From positions 31,732-95,731 of IMG/VR virus record IMGVR_UViG_3300032294_002612: a DNA stretch of 64,000 nucleotides; one strand, written 5' to 3'. Shown in pieces: positions 9,093 to 21,441 of this stretch. The position numbers and the translations under genes were made by a program. How positions within the stretch are numbered: position 1 is the stretch's first letter; each line of letters starts with the position of its first letter. This DNA is from a virus. Below the pieces are notes generated by a model that made no database searches, had not been told where the DNA came from, and was given only the letters and a program-made list of their open reading frames with translations.

Positions 9093-11267
9093 ATGTCAAA
9101 TCCCAATTCCGAACTTCCTGAATTATTAACTTGTGGGTGTTGCTTTGCAGATATCCAAACTATTTCCGCTTCACTTTTTCATGTGGGATATGCAGCCTTT
9201 GATTGTGGCGGTGGTAATTCTAATACAGATACTAAATATTTACAATTAAAAAAACAAGGTATTGGTACTGTCAATGCGTGTGGAAATTGGAACGCAAACA
9301 AGAAAAATCTCACACAAACATGGACAGTAGATCCTTTTACCAAAACCACTTGTTATAATGGAGACAAGGGAACAATATCTTATCTTTGTAACGCTCTTAG
9401 TAACTGTACTGCCACACAAAAAACATATAATTGTGGTCCCGTAACCGAACAAGAAAAAGAAAATTTTTGTACAGAAGAAAATTTTCAAAAAACTTTGACA
9501 GAATCTTTAACTAACCCATATACTTTAGATGATGTTGCCGATAATGTAGATTCAGCATTATCTCAATTTAATTTTAATAATCCAAAAGCAACTTTTGGAA
9601 CTGTAAATTTTGGAACTGGTGGTAATAAAGTTTTAAAATGGTCGGCAAATAGTGGCACTCCAGAATCAAAATTTACTTATTTTTTAAATGATCAAGGAGT
9701 TCGTGATGGCGTTTATAAACAAAAAGCTAAAATTAAAATTTTAAAAGATGGTGTTCTGACAAAGATTACTGAATCAGAGAATGGTGATATTATAGAAAAA
9801 AAAGCAATTACAGTAACCAAAGATCAAATCATTATCCTTGACCCTCCAGACGAACCTGGCAGAATATATTTTATTCCATATTGTTCAACTAAGTCTATAT
9901 TTACAAATATTAAGACCTCTTGTTCTGGTACTATAACCACTAAAACCAATACAAACGAAAATAACTGCACGTATTTTATTGGGCCAGATTGCAAGCAATA
10001 TGACACAAAAACCAGAACAACCACAGCAGGCTCTTCCAACACTTCTACAAACAACTATAATTATCTTCTCGAGGGATGTAGTAAGGCGATAGGCGACGAA
10101 GGCGACGAATGCATAATAAAAAGCACAGTCACAACAGAAGAATCAAGCCAATATACAGAAACAATATCCGAATCATTAGGCAAACAAAATCAAGAAGACC
10201 AATCTTGTTATAAAAAAATAACATCAACAATCGGTAGTGCTACATCCTCTCAAAATATAAACGGCACTACTGCAAATGCACAATTTACCGAGGAAAATTC
10301 ATCCACGGTTTCTTCGTCTACTAATTTAACACAAATTGATAATTCTTGTTCTGGGAACGCGAAAACAACAACAAATTCTACATCATTATTTAATTCGTCC
10401 TACAATAATACTTATGAAACAGTTATAGAAGAAAACTCTGCATCACAAGTAATAACTGATAATACACAATATAACTCCGACTGCTCTACAATCCAAACAC
10501 AAGAACAAAGCGGAAGCGTCAATAACTTTTCTCAGTTTAGTGACATAGGCGGGCTTGTTGATTCAAGAACTTGTAAATCAAGTCTAACTAATGAAGGATG
10601 GTCTGGAACTGTAAATCGTCGCATAGAACTAAACGGCGAAGTAGTTACCGAGGATTCGGAACCAGCAGTGCCAGCAAGCTGTTACGAGTTTGACTATGGC
10701 CCTCCCACGATATGGACTGGCGGTAAATGTGGAGCGTGCGATGAAATAGATGGAGAGTGTACTACGACCACGAGTATCTCTATTCAAAGCACTGGTGTCA
10801 CATGCTCTTATAGCAAATCTTGCTCGACGGAAACATCCTCATTACAACAGTCTTCAACATATATTGAAGAATTTTCTAATACTGCGGAGACAGAAGATTG
10901 GCTAATTTCTTCGTCACCAAATGAAAGTAATTGTGCCTCATGGTATGTAACATATAATCAAGATATTAAGAGAACAGCTACAGTTTCTATAGAAGCTTCT
11001 TTCCAAGCCCCAGATGTTGGAAAAAATAATCAAGGACAACCAAATCCTCCTAAAAATTATATTACTTATGTACAAACCGTAAGAAGAAAAGACAATACAA
11101 GTAATCCCGACTGTCCTAATATACAGTTTACACAGAATTTGTTAACTTATAATAATACAAGTTCTGGAGGAGAAGTCAAGATTCCCGTTCCATCAATAAC
11201 TTTAAATTCAGAAAAAGATGTATCGGATTGTTTAGTACACGTTAGCGCAGTTACTTTTGAAGTTTAA
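9093..11267 (+). CDS. Cys/Thr/Ser-rich 724-aa protein, putative virion surface or adhesin protein
   Basis: Low-complexity T/S/N beta-rich sequence with many Cys; GTGTAAT motif at 9078. Confidence 0.6.
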   Translation: MSNPNSELPELLTCGCCFADIQTISASLFHVGYAAFDCGGGNSNTDTKYLQLKKQGIGTVNACGNWNANKKNLTQTWTVDPFTKTTCYNGDKGTISYLCNALSNCTATQKTYNCGPVTEQEKENFCTEENFQKTLTESLTNPYTLDDVADNVDSALSQFNFNNPKATFGTVNFGTGGNKVLKWSANSGTPESKFTYFLNDQGVRDGVYKQKAKIKILKDGVLTKITESENGDIIEKKAITVTKDQIIILDPPDEPGRIYFIPYCSTKSIFTNIKTSCSGTITTKTNTNENNCTYFIGPDCKQYDTKTRTTTAGSSNTSTNNYNYLLEGCSKAIGDEGDECIIKSTVTTEESSQYTETISESLGKQNQEDQSCYKKITSTIGSATSSQNINGTTANAQFTEENSSTVSSSTNLTQIDNSCSGNAKTTTNSTSLFNSSYNNTYETVIEENSASQVITDNTQYNSDCSTIQTQEQSGSVNNFSQFSDIGGLVDSRTCKSSLTNEGWSGTVNRRIELNGEVVTEDSEPAVPASCYEFDYGPPTIWTGGKCGACDEIDGECTTTTSISIQSTGVTCSYSKSCSTETSSLQQSSTYIEEFSNTAETEDWLISSSPNESNCASWYVTYNQDIKRTATVSIEASFQAPDVGKNNQGQPNPPKNYITYVQTVRRKDNTSNPDCPNIQFTQNLLTYNNTSSGGEVKIPVPSITLNSEKDVSDCLVHVSAVTFEV

Positions 11268-11273
11268 TATAAA

Positions 11274-11690
11274 TTAAATCTTATTAAAAAATTGTGCCAT
11301 TAAATTTGTATCCTCTTGCCCCCAATCTACAAGAAGAACTTCAATTCCCGCCATCGTTAGGAGCGTACAGGTTTCAATATGATCATCAATATGTAAAGAA
11401 CTATTTAATTGTTTAATAAATTCTGTTTTTGTTTTTCCTTCTGTACAGACAACATCTTTTATATCAATACGGTGTTTCTTACAAAAGTCAATGACTTCTT
11501 TTTTATTCTCCCAATTACGAAATGTAACAATGTAAACGTGGAATCCAGAATCAATTTTTGATTTTACAAAATTCACGATACGTTCAATGGGCACGAGCGT
11601 AGTGCCACCCCAAGCTGTTGAAGAAGTAACAGCTAAAGTTTCGTCAAAATCAACTGTGATTACTTTACTCACTCTTATATTTTTTCTCAA
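11274..11690 (-). CDS. HAD-superfamily phosphatase
   Basis: Motif I VDFDETL, motif II IVTFR, motif IV LHIDD. Confidence 0.8.
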   Translation of the reverse strand: MRKNIRVSKVITVDFDETLAVTSSTAWGGTTLVPIERIVNFVKSKIDSGFHVYIVTFRNWENKKEVIDFCKKHRIDIKDVVCTEGKTKTEFIKQLNSSLHIDDHIETCTLLTMAGIEVLLVDWGQEDTNLMAQFFNKI

Positions 11691-14600
11691 TAATATCTTT
11701 TAGTTTCGATAGGATTATTAAAATCTCATTATTAGTTTTTTTGTCATCTTTATATCTATCAAGACACTCATCAATTAGTTTATTGATATTTCCTATTTTT
11801 TCATTCATCCAAACAGAGTAAGGAATATAATCTTTAACTTTTTTATCGTGTTTTTTTTCTGCTGTCATAAGTTATTTTAATTGATCGACTAGTGTATCAA
11901 AATGTTCGAGACTTCGCAAGTGTTTTAAATACAATTCTTTCATTTCTCGTAGATTTAATCGGCGCAATTTTTCGTAACGATCATGTCCGATTTTATACTT
12001 ATTACATTCCAACAATTCTTCTTCTAATTGTTTTATATATGAGCTTTTATATTGCTCATCAATCATCGCTAACATTTTACTTTTCATAAGGAATATTTTC
12101 TATTTTAGGGTTACATTTGTCAACATAATCATCAAGAAATTTTTGCGCTTTTATTCTAGAAGAAAAAGATTGAGTGGGCCGATAAGCGCCACCAAAATCA
12201 TTCCAGAACCAAAGAAATTTATATTGAGGATAGTATCTGGATTCTTTTTTATAATGATATGCTTTAATTCTATATTTCATTTTATTTTTCAAATTGTAAT
12301 CCTAATTTTTTTGCTTTTTCTTTAGTAATAGGTTTACTAGAAGCTAATTCATATAAGTTAACATATTCTCCATAGTATTTGATATTTTTGATTTCACTCT
12401 TTCCTATCAATCTATATGTAGAAGATCCTCCCATACTAGAACTTGGAATAACTGCAAGGTATAATTTTTGTGTTTTCATTTTATTCTTTTCCATCTAAAA
12501 CCAAAGAACAAAGTCATCATCCATCTATAGAAGATATTAGGTGCTTTAGGTAACCTTATAGTAAGATAACTGTCATTACAGAAAGGATAAAGCTCCCAAG
12601 ATATAGGAGGGTATTCTGTTATTTTTAGATTTCCTTCATAATGATACTCTTTTACACCCTGACAAATATCACACACTTGATTGCGACCTATAACATCGGC
12701 ACAATCACATTTTTGCTTTTTAGATTTCTTTTTCATCTTTTATTGTCCATTTAAGATCTTGTCTAAGGTTTAGTTCTTCATCTGTATAATGCATGTCGAT
12801 GAAGTGACAGGCGTGTTCTGCTCTCATGTCAATATACTTGAGTAATAGTTCTAGTTGTTCTTTAGTCATAGTTTCGCTACGGAAATATTTTCCCTTTTTA
12901 CTCCTGCTTTAGCCATAATATTACTAAGCATTTCTATTTCATTTTGTTCTTTTATCGCGTCAATATCATTTTTAAGCTTTCGGTAAACCTCTCCAATGGC
13001 AAATTTATTATCTTTCAGCATTAACAGTTCATCTTCAGACATTCTATGACAAGCCCAAAGATCTGTTTGCTTGATTGTGCAATAATCCCAAACTCTTATT
13101 TCAACCATTGGACTCATTATTTTAAATATCCTTTCCTTTTTGCTATAGCAATCAATCTATTAGCATTTCTCTCATACCAATAAAAGTTAAACTCTGAAGG
13201 TTTTTTAGCAAAGAATTTTTGATCAAGCCTAGAACTCAGACCAAGCCATCTTTGAGGGAAGGCAAAGCTTTTTTCTAGTCTTGTTTTAAAAGATTTGATT
13301 CTGTTAAATATTTTCATGATAAAAAGTATAGCACACTAAAGTAAATTGTCCAAGTTAAAATCATTCCTAGAAATGATATAAAGCTTACAAGAATAAGACC
13401 ATAAGGGAAAGTATAATTTTTGTTTGCCTCTCTTAAAAAATAACCAGAAAGAATTAGAAATCCTAAAGATATAGCAGCAATAATAGCAATTACAGGTATT
13501 GTGATCATAATTTTAAAAGTGTGCAGTCCCTCCTGCTGTAGCGTATTGAACTGTTTTGTAGCTAATTCTGGTCGTCCGTTACGCCGTTACCATAACATTA
13601 TTTATTAATAAATTTCTTTTCTTTTTTTGCTTTCTTGTAAGCTTGTTGAATCTTGATCAAAATTTGCTCTGCGTTATCGTAAATTTTTTTCTTTTTACGA
13701 ATGTCTTGAATCCAATGATTAATACGACCATCATCTTCAGCAATTTCATATCCATTTTTATTTCGGAACACTATAAATTCTCCAGATCCATCAGAAAAAA
13801 CTTCTGCCACAAAATTCAGCTGTCGGGTTTTACCAGAACACTTAATAAAAGACATTCCGTGTTTGTTTTTGATTTGGGTTTTCATTTTTTGGTTTTCTTT
13901 TCAGTAATTTTAACATTTGCTAATTGTTTGGCAAAGTCTCCATTCTTTTTAGTCATTTGTCGGAACGCAAGAAAAACTTTGCAGATTTGAACATTGGTAT
14001 TATGTGCCATGCATGTTTTCATCATGTTTATAGGTTATATGTTTTTGTTGTTTGAGTCAATAGATTTTGTTCATTAAACTGTTTCATATTTTTGCTTGAG
14101 TTTTTTATACAAGGCAAGTTCTTTTTCTTCTTGCTCTTTTTCTTGTGCTGTTTTTAATTTCTTCTTGAGCTTCTTGTTTATTTCAAGTTTTTTCTTGCGC
14201 TTCTCAAACTCTTCGTCGGTTTCTTCACGATAACAAGAGACTACAATCCAAGGTCGATCCTCATAATCATGTTCAATATCAATTTTTTCCCATCCTTGAT
14301 GTTTTAATTGGTCAAGCCATATGATAGTTGCTGTCAACTCTCCAGATAGTTCATAAATGCCAAAAGAATCTTCTTCTTTGATTTTAATTCTTTTCATACT
14401 TTTTATGAGTTAAATGTTTTAATTGGAAATTCCAAGCAGTTTGCGAATTTCCTTAAGGCGACTATCAACGGCGATTTGAGCCTTGTTATCGGCATACTCT
14501 TCAATAGCATCGCTCATCCACTTGGGAAGTTGAATGTGCTCGTCAATTTCATTTTCGTAGTTCTTCTCAGATGTAGAAAATTCAAAAGTACCATACTCAT

Positions 14601-15600
14601 AGGTAGGGTATACTGCTTTTTTTGGTAATTTAATGGTTTTCATTCCTGAATATTAATCAATTTTAAATCAAAAGTCAACAGCTATTTTGTCTTAAATTGA
14701 AATTTAGCATTACCATCTTTATCAGCAACCCATTCAGCAACTCCAGCCTTTATAGCTTCTTTTTGCCATTGAGATCCATTAATAGCACCACCAAAGATGA
14801 ATGTTGCTATTAGGACAAAGATAAACATCAGAATATATACTGGACCATTCTCATTCATATTAGATTTCAATATCTTCTAGTATTTCATTAACAACTTCAG
14901 AAACATATCCAACTGAGTTACTCATATTTTGGATTTGTTTACCTAAAGATGATAAGCAAATTTCTCTGGGGGTAGCTGTTTCATTTAAAGTTTTATCAAC
15001 TTGTTTCATAACAGGTTTGAGTCTTTTTGCAAGCAGATCTGTAACAAGATGATTAAGCACTTTAATTTCTTCTTCAAGCTTGTTAAGCTCCCTAGTGACT
15101 TCTGGTTCTCTTACTGGATTTTCTGCTTCTGATGTATTATAGTTTGTTTTCATATTCATAAATATATTATTCCTTATACCATTTCTGTTCAATTAATTTT
15201 TTCAATTCTTCGTTACGATCTTTCATTTTCTGATATTCTTCAAAATACCAATCGCGCTGATCAGCAATATCATGCAGATCATTCATATTTAATTCTATTA
15301 ATTTCTCAAGCATTTTATGCTGGCGCTTGCACTCATTAAGCAAATCAATATGTGTTTGTAATAATGTTTTATTCATGAATGACATCCTATTCTAACTTTG
15401 TAGTCTATATGAAGAGGGTGGTCATATTCATTGACGCAGAAGCATCCAAATGTTGAACCTGTTTCCATCCAAGGTAGCCACTCATCTTTAAGATAATCAG
15501 GAACAACAGCAATCCAGTCCTCATCGCCACCATTATCGCTGAGTTCTTGCAATTCTTTAGGGGCATCATAAAAGCTCCAAATTTTAATAGGTTCTTTCAT
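11665..15600 (-). CDS. Cluster of ~16 small hypothetical early-type proteins (62-110 aa)
   Basis: Head-to-tail, often overlapping minus-strand ORFs with interspersed TTGAC-type promoter elements. Confidence 0.6.
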
Positions 15601-15671
15601 GTATTAAAAAGGATACTTTAATTTATTTTTTTTGTCAAGGGAAAAAGCGTATTCCATGTGTAAGTATATGC

Positions 15672-16280
15672 ATGATGCTAAAACACGCAAAAACAGATGG
15701 TAGCAAAGAGTTATACATAAATAAAAAATTTAATAAATTAACAGTTTTAAAGTATACCTCTCCCCCAAAAGATACTAAAGATAAATTGGCTAAATATCAT
15801 AAATGGGTTTTATGTAAATGTGATTGTGGTAATCGTGTAGTACATAGACTTTCTGGTTTAAAATCGGGCAAAACTAAATCTTGTGGATGTTTAAAATATT
15901 TAAAAGGTGAGTCCTCTCCATTTTTTACTGGATGTGGAGAAATTTCTGGCAAATTTTTTTCCCATATCAAGCGAACGGCCAATGGAGGAACAAATAAAAG
16001 AAAAAGACTTTCTAAAGAATTTAAAATCACTGTAGAGTTTTTATGGGATTTATTCTTAAAGCAAGATAGAAAATGTGCTATAACAAATATTCCTATAAAT
16101 TTTAATACAAATTTTGGCAAAATTTTTGATGGTTCCGCATCTTTGGACAGGATAGATTCTAACAAAGGCTACGCTAAAGATAACGTCCAATGGGTTCATA
16201 AGACAATTAATATGATGAAAAATAAATTATCTATGGATGAATTTACTGAATGGTGCAAGCTAGTTGCTAAAAATAATTAA
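15672..16280 (+). CDS. HNH-type free-standing homing endonuclease
   Basis: WVLCKCDCGN...KSCGC N-terminal module; CAITNIPI...ASLDRIDSNKGYAKDNVQWVHKTINMMK; paralog of 47071-47667. Confidence 0.8.
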   Translation: MMLKHAKTDGSKELYINKKFNKLTVLKYTSPPKDTKDKLAKYHKWVLCKCDCGNRVVHRLSGLKSGKTKSCGCLKYLKGESSPFFTGCGEISGKFFSHIKRTANGGTNKRKRLSKEFKITVEFLWDLFLKQDRKCAITNIPINFNTNFGKIFDGSASLDRIDSNKGYAKDNVQWVHKTINMMKNKLSMDEFTEWCKLVAKNN

Positions 16281-16960
16281 AATGGATTTTTAGTTTCTGA
16301 TGTATGATGGTCAGTTTTAAATTTTGATTTATCTTTCATAATAGTAAAAATTTCTCCATACGTCAATGGAGAATTATTCATTTCAACAGAGACTTCTAGA
16401 TTAGATCCGCCATTATTAAGATACATTGCGCCTAGATCGCTATTACCAAGTGATCCATGAACATGACTAAAAAGCATCCAAGAGCCTTTTGCAGCACCGT
16501 TCCACGAAAGGACAGGGTAGTGGCAGCACACGATAGCCTGTCCATTAACCATTGCCTCAAGATAGTTCGGCACAAAAATTACTTCTTTGCTATAGTTGCC
16601 ATCAACGTAAAGAGTATTATACTTGACTGATTCAAACGCCTGTTTCCAACCACTCTGATGATTTCCACTCATAACAAATACACGACTAAAATTAAGGCGG
16701 CTCATCAGCTTTTTAAACTTCTCTTCGCCACCATATCCAAACATAATGTCACCAAGGAGGAAACCAATAGTTTTATCTGTGGCTTTACTGTTCCAATTGC
16801 GAATGATACCTTCGTCGTGCTCCTCAGAAGAATTAAAGCCCCTACGCTTCCAGATGGGAACTTCCCACTTTGGATCGTGGCCATAGTGTAGGCAGCCCCA
16901 AAAAAGAACATCATGGTTCTTGGCTTCAACACGCACTGGCAGATAGAATAGACCTTTCAT
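16277..16960 (-). CDS. Calcineurin-like metallophosphoesterase
   Basis: CLHYGH, LLGDIMFG, MSGNH, CHYP, SHVHG. Confidence 0.85.
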   Translation of the reverse strand: MKGLFYLPVRVEAKNHDVLFWGCLHYGHDPKWEVPIWKRRGFNSSEEHDEGIIRNWNSKATDKTIGFLLGDIMFGYGGEEKFKKLMSRLNFSRVFVMSGNHQSGWKQAFESVKYNTLYVDGNYSKEVIFVPNYLEAMVNGQAIVCCHYPVLSWNGAAKGSWMLFSHVHGSLGNSDLGAMYLNNGGSNLEVSVEMNNSPLTYGEIFTIMKDKSKFKTDHHTSETKNPF

Positions 16961-16991
16961 CCCATCATATTAAATGATTTTTATAAGGAAG

Positions 16992-17369
16992 TCAATAAAG
17001 ATTGTGTTCCTGGGCTATCTTTGCTAGTTCATCCAGCGCACTTTTCTGTTCAAAAATATTACCAACCACTTCAACAGATTCCCAATAATCAAGAAGTTCT
17101 TCCATTATTACGAAAGCGTTATCAACTGTAACCCCAAACGATGCTCGGTCGTTAAACCATCTTACATGACCAGTGAAAGTTGTTTTTGGGGTATAGGCGA
17201 AATTGATAAAGTCGCCCTCGTAAATCTCTTTTCCGTCTTTGTCTTTAAGCCCTATGTATTGTTGGGGGTGAGAAACCCCACCATAGATACCAGATGGATA
17301 ATCATAAATATCAAAATATATAAAACTTTTATTAAGATTATCCCAAACTCTAAATTTAATATCTCTCAT
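16992..17369 (-). CDS. YopX-family protein
   Basis: IKFRVWD...QQYIGLKDKDGKEIYEGD...EVVGNIFE. Confidence 0.9.
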   Translation of the reverse strand: MRDIKFRVWDNLNKSFIYFDIYDYPSGIYGGVSHPQQYIGLKDKDGKEIYEGDFINFAYTPKTTFTGHVRWFNDRASFGVTVDNAFVIMEELLDYWESVEVVGNIFEQKSALDELAKIAQEHNLY

Positions 17370-17386
17370 TGTGAATGTCTCCTACT

Positions 17387-18040
17387 TCAATTTTTTAAGA
17401 TTTCGTAAGCATAATTGCCACCCTCAATTTGTGAAGCTGATTTATTTTTCCAAGAGTCACAAGTCCAATCATAACGCACCACAAAACTGTTCACATCTTC
17501 ACTCCATTCTACTCGCCCACGCGCCATTGGAACATCAGCTACAGGATAGGGTTCATCTTGATAGACTTCATAAATGTTTTCTCCGACTAGTGTGCGTGAA
17601 TACTTTTGGACATAGACCAAAACTCTATCACCAACGCGGATAGGCTGATTATGAATATCTTTAAAATGCATTAATAAACAATCAAATACTTATCGGCTTT
17701 TTCTTTGTCGCTCATTGATTTTGAACTATAACAACCGGAAACAAAAACGGTTGCGATTATTAGGATTATATACATTAGTGTTTTCATATTAAATATACAT
17801 TCTCAATTTTCTATATTGATCTTTTAAAGGGTGCTGTTGATGTAATTTCTTTTTTGTAGAGCGATGCCAACAAAAGCAGATTTTGCACTTGTATGGCGTA
17901 ACGTTTTTTTGCCGCGCTTCTCTTGCGGTAAAATATCTACGTTTACTTGCACAAACTAGAATGTCTCTTTGTGTGAAGTTCATACGCTTTAGCAGCTTTT
18001 TTATAGGCCACATTATATTGGTGTAGTACTGCAATGTCAA
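17387..18040 (-). CDS. Two small hypothetical proteins (17387-17671, 17789-18040)
   Basis: The first begins with a YopX-like FKDIHNQPIRVGDRV segment. Confidence 0.5.
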
Positions 18041-18614
18041 GACCTTTCATAAAAGATTCCGTAGCATATCCATATTGGAGGTAGGCCTGGATTTCATCAT
18101 CCACTACTTTTTGAGCATACCCCATTTTTAAGATATTATCTTTAAACGTATTATAATATTTTTTTGGTAATCCTTTGGTTAGATTATCCATTTGTTTTTT
18201 ATAATCTTTATTTAGATGATACATAGCATGACACACTTCGTGTTTGAATGTTTCACCTTCGGTATTACCACAACCAATTACATACCCAGTACTTGAAGAA
18301 ATCTTGTTTACAATTTCCTCCATTACTTTATCATATGGAGTTTCTATTTTATTTAATTTATTAAAACACTCACGAATAGTTTTCAATGGAATGTTGAATC
18401 CAGACCAATCAGCGCCATAACTAAATCCCCAACCATTCTGTTCGTGATACCACTTCATGTAGTCCCAAATTGAAAAGTTCTTTCCGCGAAATTTTGTGCT
18501 TGGACTCTCGTAATACTCTTGCGCTCGACAGAAAAGCATGGCACGATCATACTTATCTTTGATGATAACCGCAAAGATATTAGGAAGAACTTCTTTAATT
18601 TTATACTTTAACAT
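17943..18614 (-). CDS. Hypothetical protein with HExxH motif
   Basis: FKHEVCHAMY...DEIQAY. Confidence 0.6.
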   Translation of the reverse strand: MLKYKIKEVLPNIFAVIIKDKYDRAMLFCRAQEYYESPSTKFRGKNFSIWDYMKWYHEQNGWGFSYGADWSGFNIPLKTIRECFNKLNKIETPYDKVMEEIVNKISSSTGYVIGCGNTEGETFKHEVCHAMYHLNKDYKKQMDNLTKGLPKKYYNTFKDNILKMGYAQKVVDDEIQAYLQYGYATESFMKGLDIAVLHQYNVAYKKAAKAYELHTKRHSSLCK

Positions 18615-19012
18615 TATCTTCTCAACTCTACTTCTTTGATTATATCATTTTTAAGGTTTGTATTACCAACTACCTCAATTGTTTCTTCCATTATCTTGTC
18701 AAGAATTTGAAAACCATCTTTGCCAAAATAGAATCCAGCAAGACGTTCATCATAATAAACTTCTTGATTTTTATAGTCAATTACATCTCTGTCACTTAAC
18801 TCCATAGTATAGTCACAAGAAAAATTAATAATGTCTCCCTCGTAAACTTCCACACCATTCTTGTCAACGAGTCCTGTAAATTGCTGTGGGATGAGAGTAT
18901 CAAAATCTTTCTCATCAAACAATTCATCTACAAGACCATTGTATTTATAATCACGGACGAACGATTTTCCAGCGGGGCACCAGAAACGAAATTTAATTTT
19001 TCTCTTTTTCAT
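18614..19012 (-). CDS. YopX-family protein
   Basis: IKFRFWC...QQFTGLVDKNGVEVYEGD...EVVGN; start reassigned to the ATG at 19012. Confidence 0.85.
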   Translation of the reverse strand: MKKRKIKFRFWCPAGKSFVRDYKYNGLVDELFDEKDFDTLIPQQFTGLVDKNGVEVYEGDIINFSCDYTMELSDRDVIDYKNQEVYYDERLAGFYFGKDGFQILDKIMEETIEVVGNTNLKNDIIKEVELRR

Positions 19013-19604
19013 TGTCTTTATATCCAGCGCCGCAAAGCTCCCCACAAGAAATTTTGCCACCGTACTTTTCCATAATTTGGCGCATTTCATTTTGAATATC
19101 AAACATACACCAATTTTCAGTTAGTGTCAGATCATATTCATATTTTGCCCATCCATCATCAAGAGTCATCTTGAAAACATGTGGCTCGCCAGATTTTAAA
19201 TGTTTTTCTTTTTCAAATTCTTTCATAACGTAATCGCTTATTTCTTTTTTTCTTTTACGTAATTCTTTTATTTCTTCCTCCGTTAAATCGTAAGGCAATT
19301 TTTTATTCATTGTGATACCAACAAGAGCGAACTGGTGACTTTACAAAATCATTGTACTCAAGGCCAGCCTCATTCAAGAACTCGTCGAATGAAATAGTCT
19401 CGTCGTCACAGTTGTAGATGTAATCAAACAACCAATCTGACCCAGCTTCATCAAGACGCAAGTCTTTTACAAGCTTCTCAAACTTACTATTAACAATACT
19501 GTTAATTTCACGGATAAACTGGCGCTCCTGATAGATAACATCTTCGGGATGGCGACCATCTTTGGTATAATGACTTTTATTCATAGCCGAATATTAATGG
19601 ATTT

Positions 19605-20006
19605 TTAACGATCTGTCAAGCCCATTTCAAACTCATTTTGTTTGTTAAGGCATTCGACTAAATAGGGGGTATTCTCGAAAGTATTTCCAACCACTTCCAT
19701 ATCTCCGAATTTATCAAAAACGTCATGGAACCACCAAAATTTTAGCGTTGAAATATTTTCAAGTTTCCAGAGCATATAAGCGCCGTAACGAAAGCGTACA
19801 AGATAATTTTGACCATTGTAATTTACGATATCTCCAACGTAAACATCTTTTAAATTTTTATCACAAACCCCAGTATATTCTTGCGGGGCTGTAGCATTAA
19901 TTCCTTTAAGCGGATAGCCTTCATACATATCCCATGTATAAAGAGTTTTATCGTCACGATTAAACGCACGAAACCGAATTAAATATCTTGTTTTATTTTG
20001 ATTCAT
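19605..20006 (-). CDS. YopX-family protein
   Basis: IRFRAFN...QEYTGVCDKNLKDVYVGD...EVVGNTFE. Confidence 0.85.
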   Translation of the reverse strand: MNQNKTRYLIRFRAFNRDDKTLYTWDMYEGYPLKGINATAPQEYTGVCDKNLKDVYVGDIVNYNGQNYLVRFRYGAYMLWKLENISTLKFWWFHDVFDKFGDMEVVGNTFENTPYLVECLNKQNEFEMGLTDR

Positions 20007-20472
20007 TCTTTTGTCGATTTAACATTCGCAAATAACAAATTGCACAAAATATATAATACTGCTCCGTCTAGCCAGTCAATTCTTGCGAGTCCAAACACTT
20101 TTGGGCAAAACAAGTTCCAAAGCCACGAGACGGGAATACCCATCACAAAGGATGTTATAATGACAACCGCGACTCCGACCAAAAACGTGATACTTAATTC
20201 AATAAAATTTTTCATATTATTAAATCCATTTATTCAACCCAAGAATTGTATTCTGCAACCAACGATTACAAATATCTTGTGCATTTCGTAAACTTTTTGA
20301 AGCAAAACCTTCAAACACAAGAGGAATATCTTCTCCAGCCCCATAATAAACAAATGGTTTATAACCATTAGCGTTTTTTTCGATTGAAAATTGCCACCCG
20401 ACAGGCTTTACGCTAGCCATCCAGATAGTCAAATCATCATATTGATATTTTTTCCAAGTTAGTTTTTTCATA

Positions 20473-20877
20473 TTATCCAATAGTATAAGTATCAAAATCA
20501 ATTAGTACTGGCTTGCCATTTACTTTACCCACATTGTCACTAAAAAGATCATAGGTAGACCAACCCATTTTTGCAACATTTTTCCTAATATGTGAAAGTT
20601 CTTCACGGTTAACGGTACCTTGCTCTGCATGTTCGGTTACATAATAATAGTAGCCCTTTTTAACTCCTTTAAAAAGAGCTTTCGGGCCAAAACCTACAAA
20701 GTGCGCCGCATTTTGACGAAAAAAACATTCTTCGCAAGCGCGCTTTCTGGTGAAAAATTTAACACCATATCGTCCAGTAATTTGGACATAATAACGGACA
20801 GTCGCGCTATCTGTTTGTTTATGTTTTCTAAAATTAATTTTATTAATAATAGAACGCAATTTTTGTACAGTTTTCAT
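20473..20877 (-). CDS. Minimal protein-kinase-like (ePK/APH fold) protein
   Basis: GVKFF (Lys), YVTEH hinge, DLFSDN catalytic loop, VLIDFD (DFG-like). Confidence 0.65.
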   Translation of the reverse strand: MKTVQKLRSIINKINFRKHKQTDSATVRYYVQITGRYGVKFFTRKRACEECFFRQNAAHFVGFGPKALFKGVKKGYYYYVTEHAEQGTVNREELSHIRKNVAKMGWSTYDLFSDNVGKVNGKPVLIDFDTYTIG

Positions 20878-21441
20878 TCTGTAATCAAAAGAACTTTATT
20901 ATTGCCGCTAAAATATTCTTCAACACTCATTTTGCCATTTTCATTATATTTGTCATCAACCCATTCGCATTTACGATCATATGCAGTCGCCTCTTCTAGA
21001 GAATCATACTGTTCATAAACAAAATCCTCTCCGCAACATTTGCAAGTAACGTTATCTGGATCACGTTTGAATAATTCTTTAAAAGTTCGGATGGCTTCCC
21101 CAAGTGGCTCATCTATGTAAATATGAGTATATGGAGTCTTCAAATGACCGCCACTATGCATATCCATAAATTTTGTGACTATTTTGGTTTTAATATTCAT
21201 TTTATTTTTAGGGTTTCTATTTTTTGGATTCTAAATTTGACTCCTAATTTGTGTTCTTTATAGGAGCTTACGGTCTTTTGGGCGGCTTGTAAAGATGAAT
21301 ATTTTTTAAAATCGTGTGGAATCCACAATTTGAATAAAGTACTCCAGTAGGAGACTTGATAATATGGCTTCATATATCTCCATATTAAGATTTTTTTTAA
21401 AAAAGTCAAATATTAATATTTAAATTAGTGTAATTAAAAGA

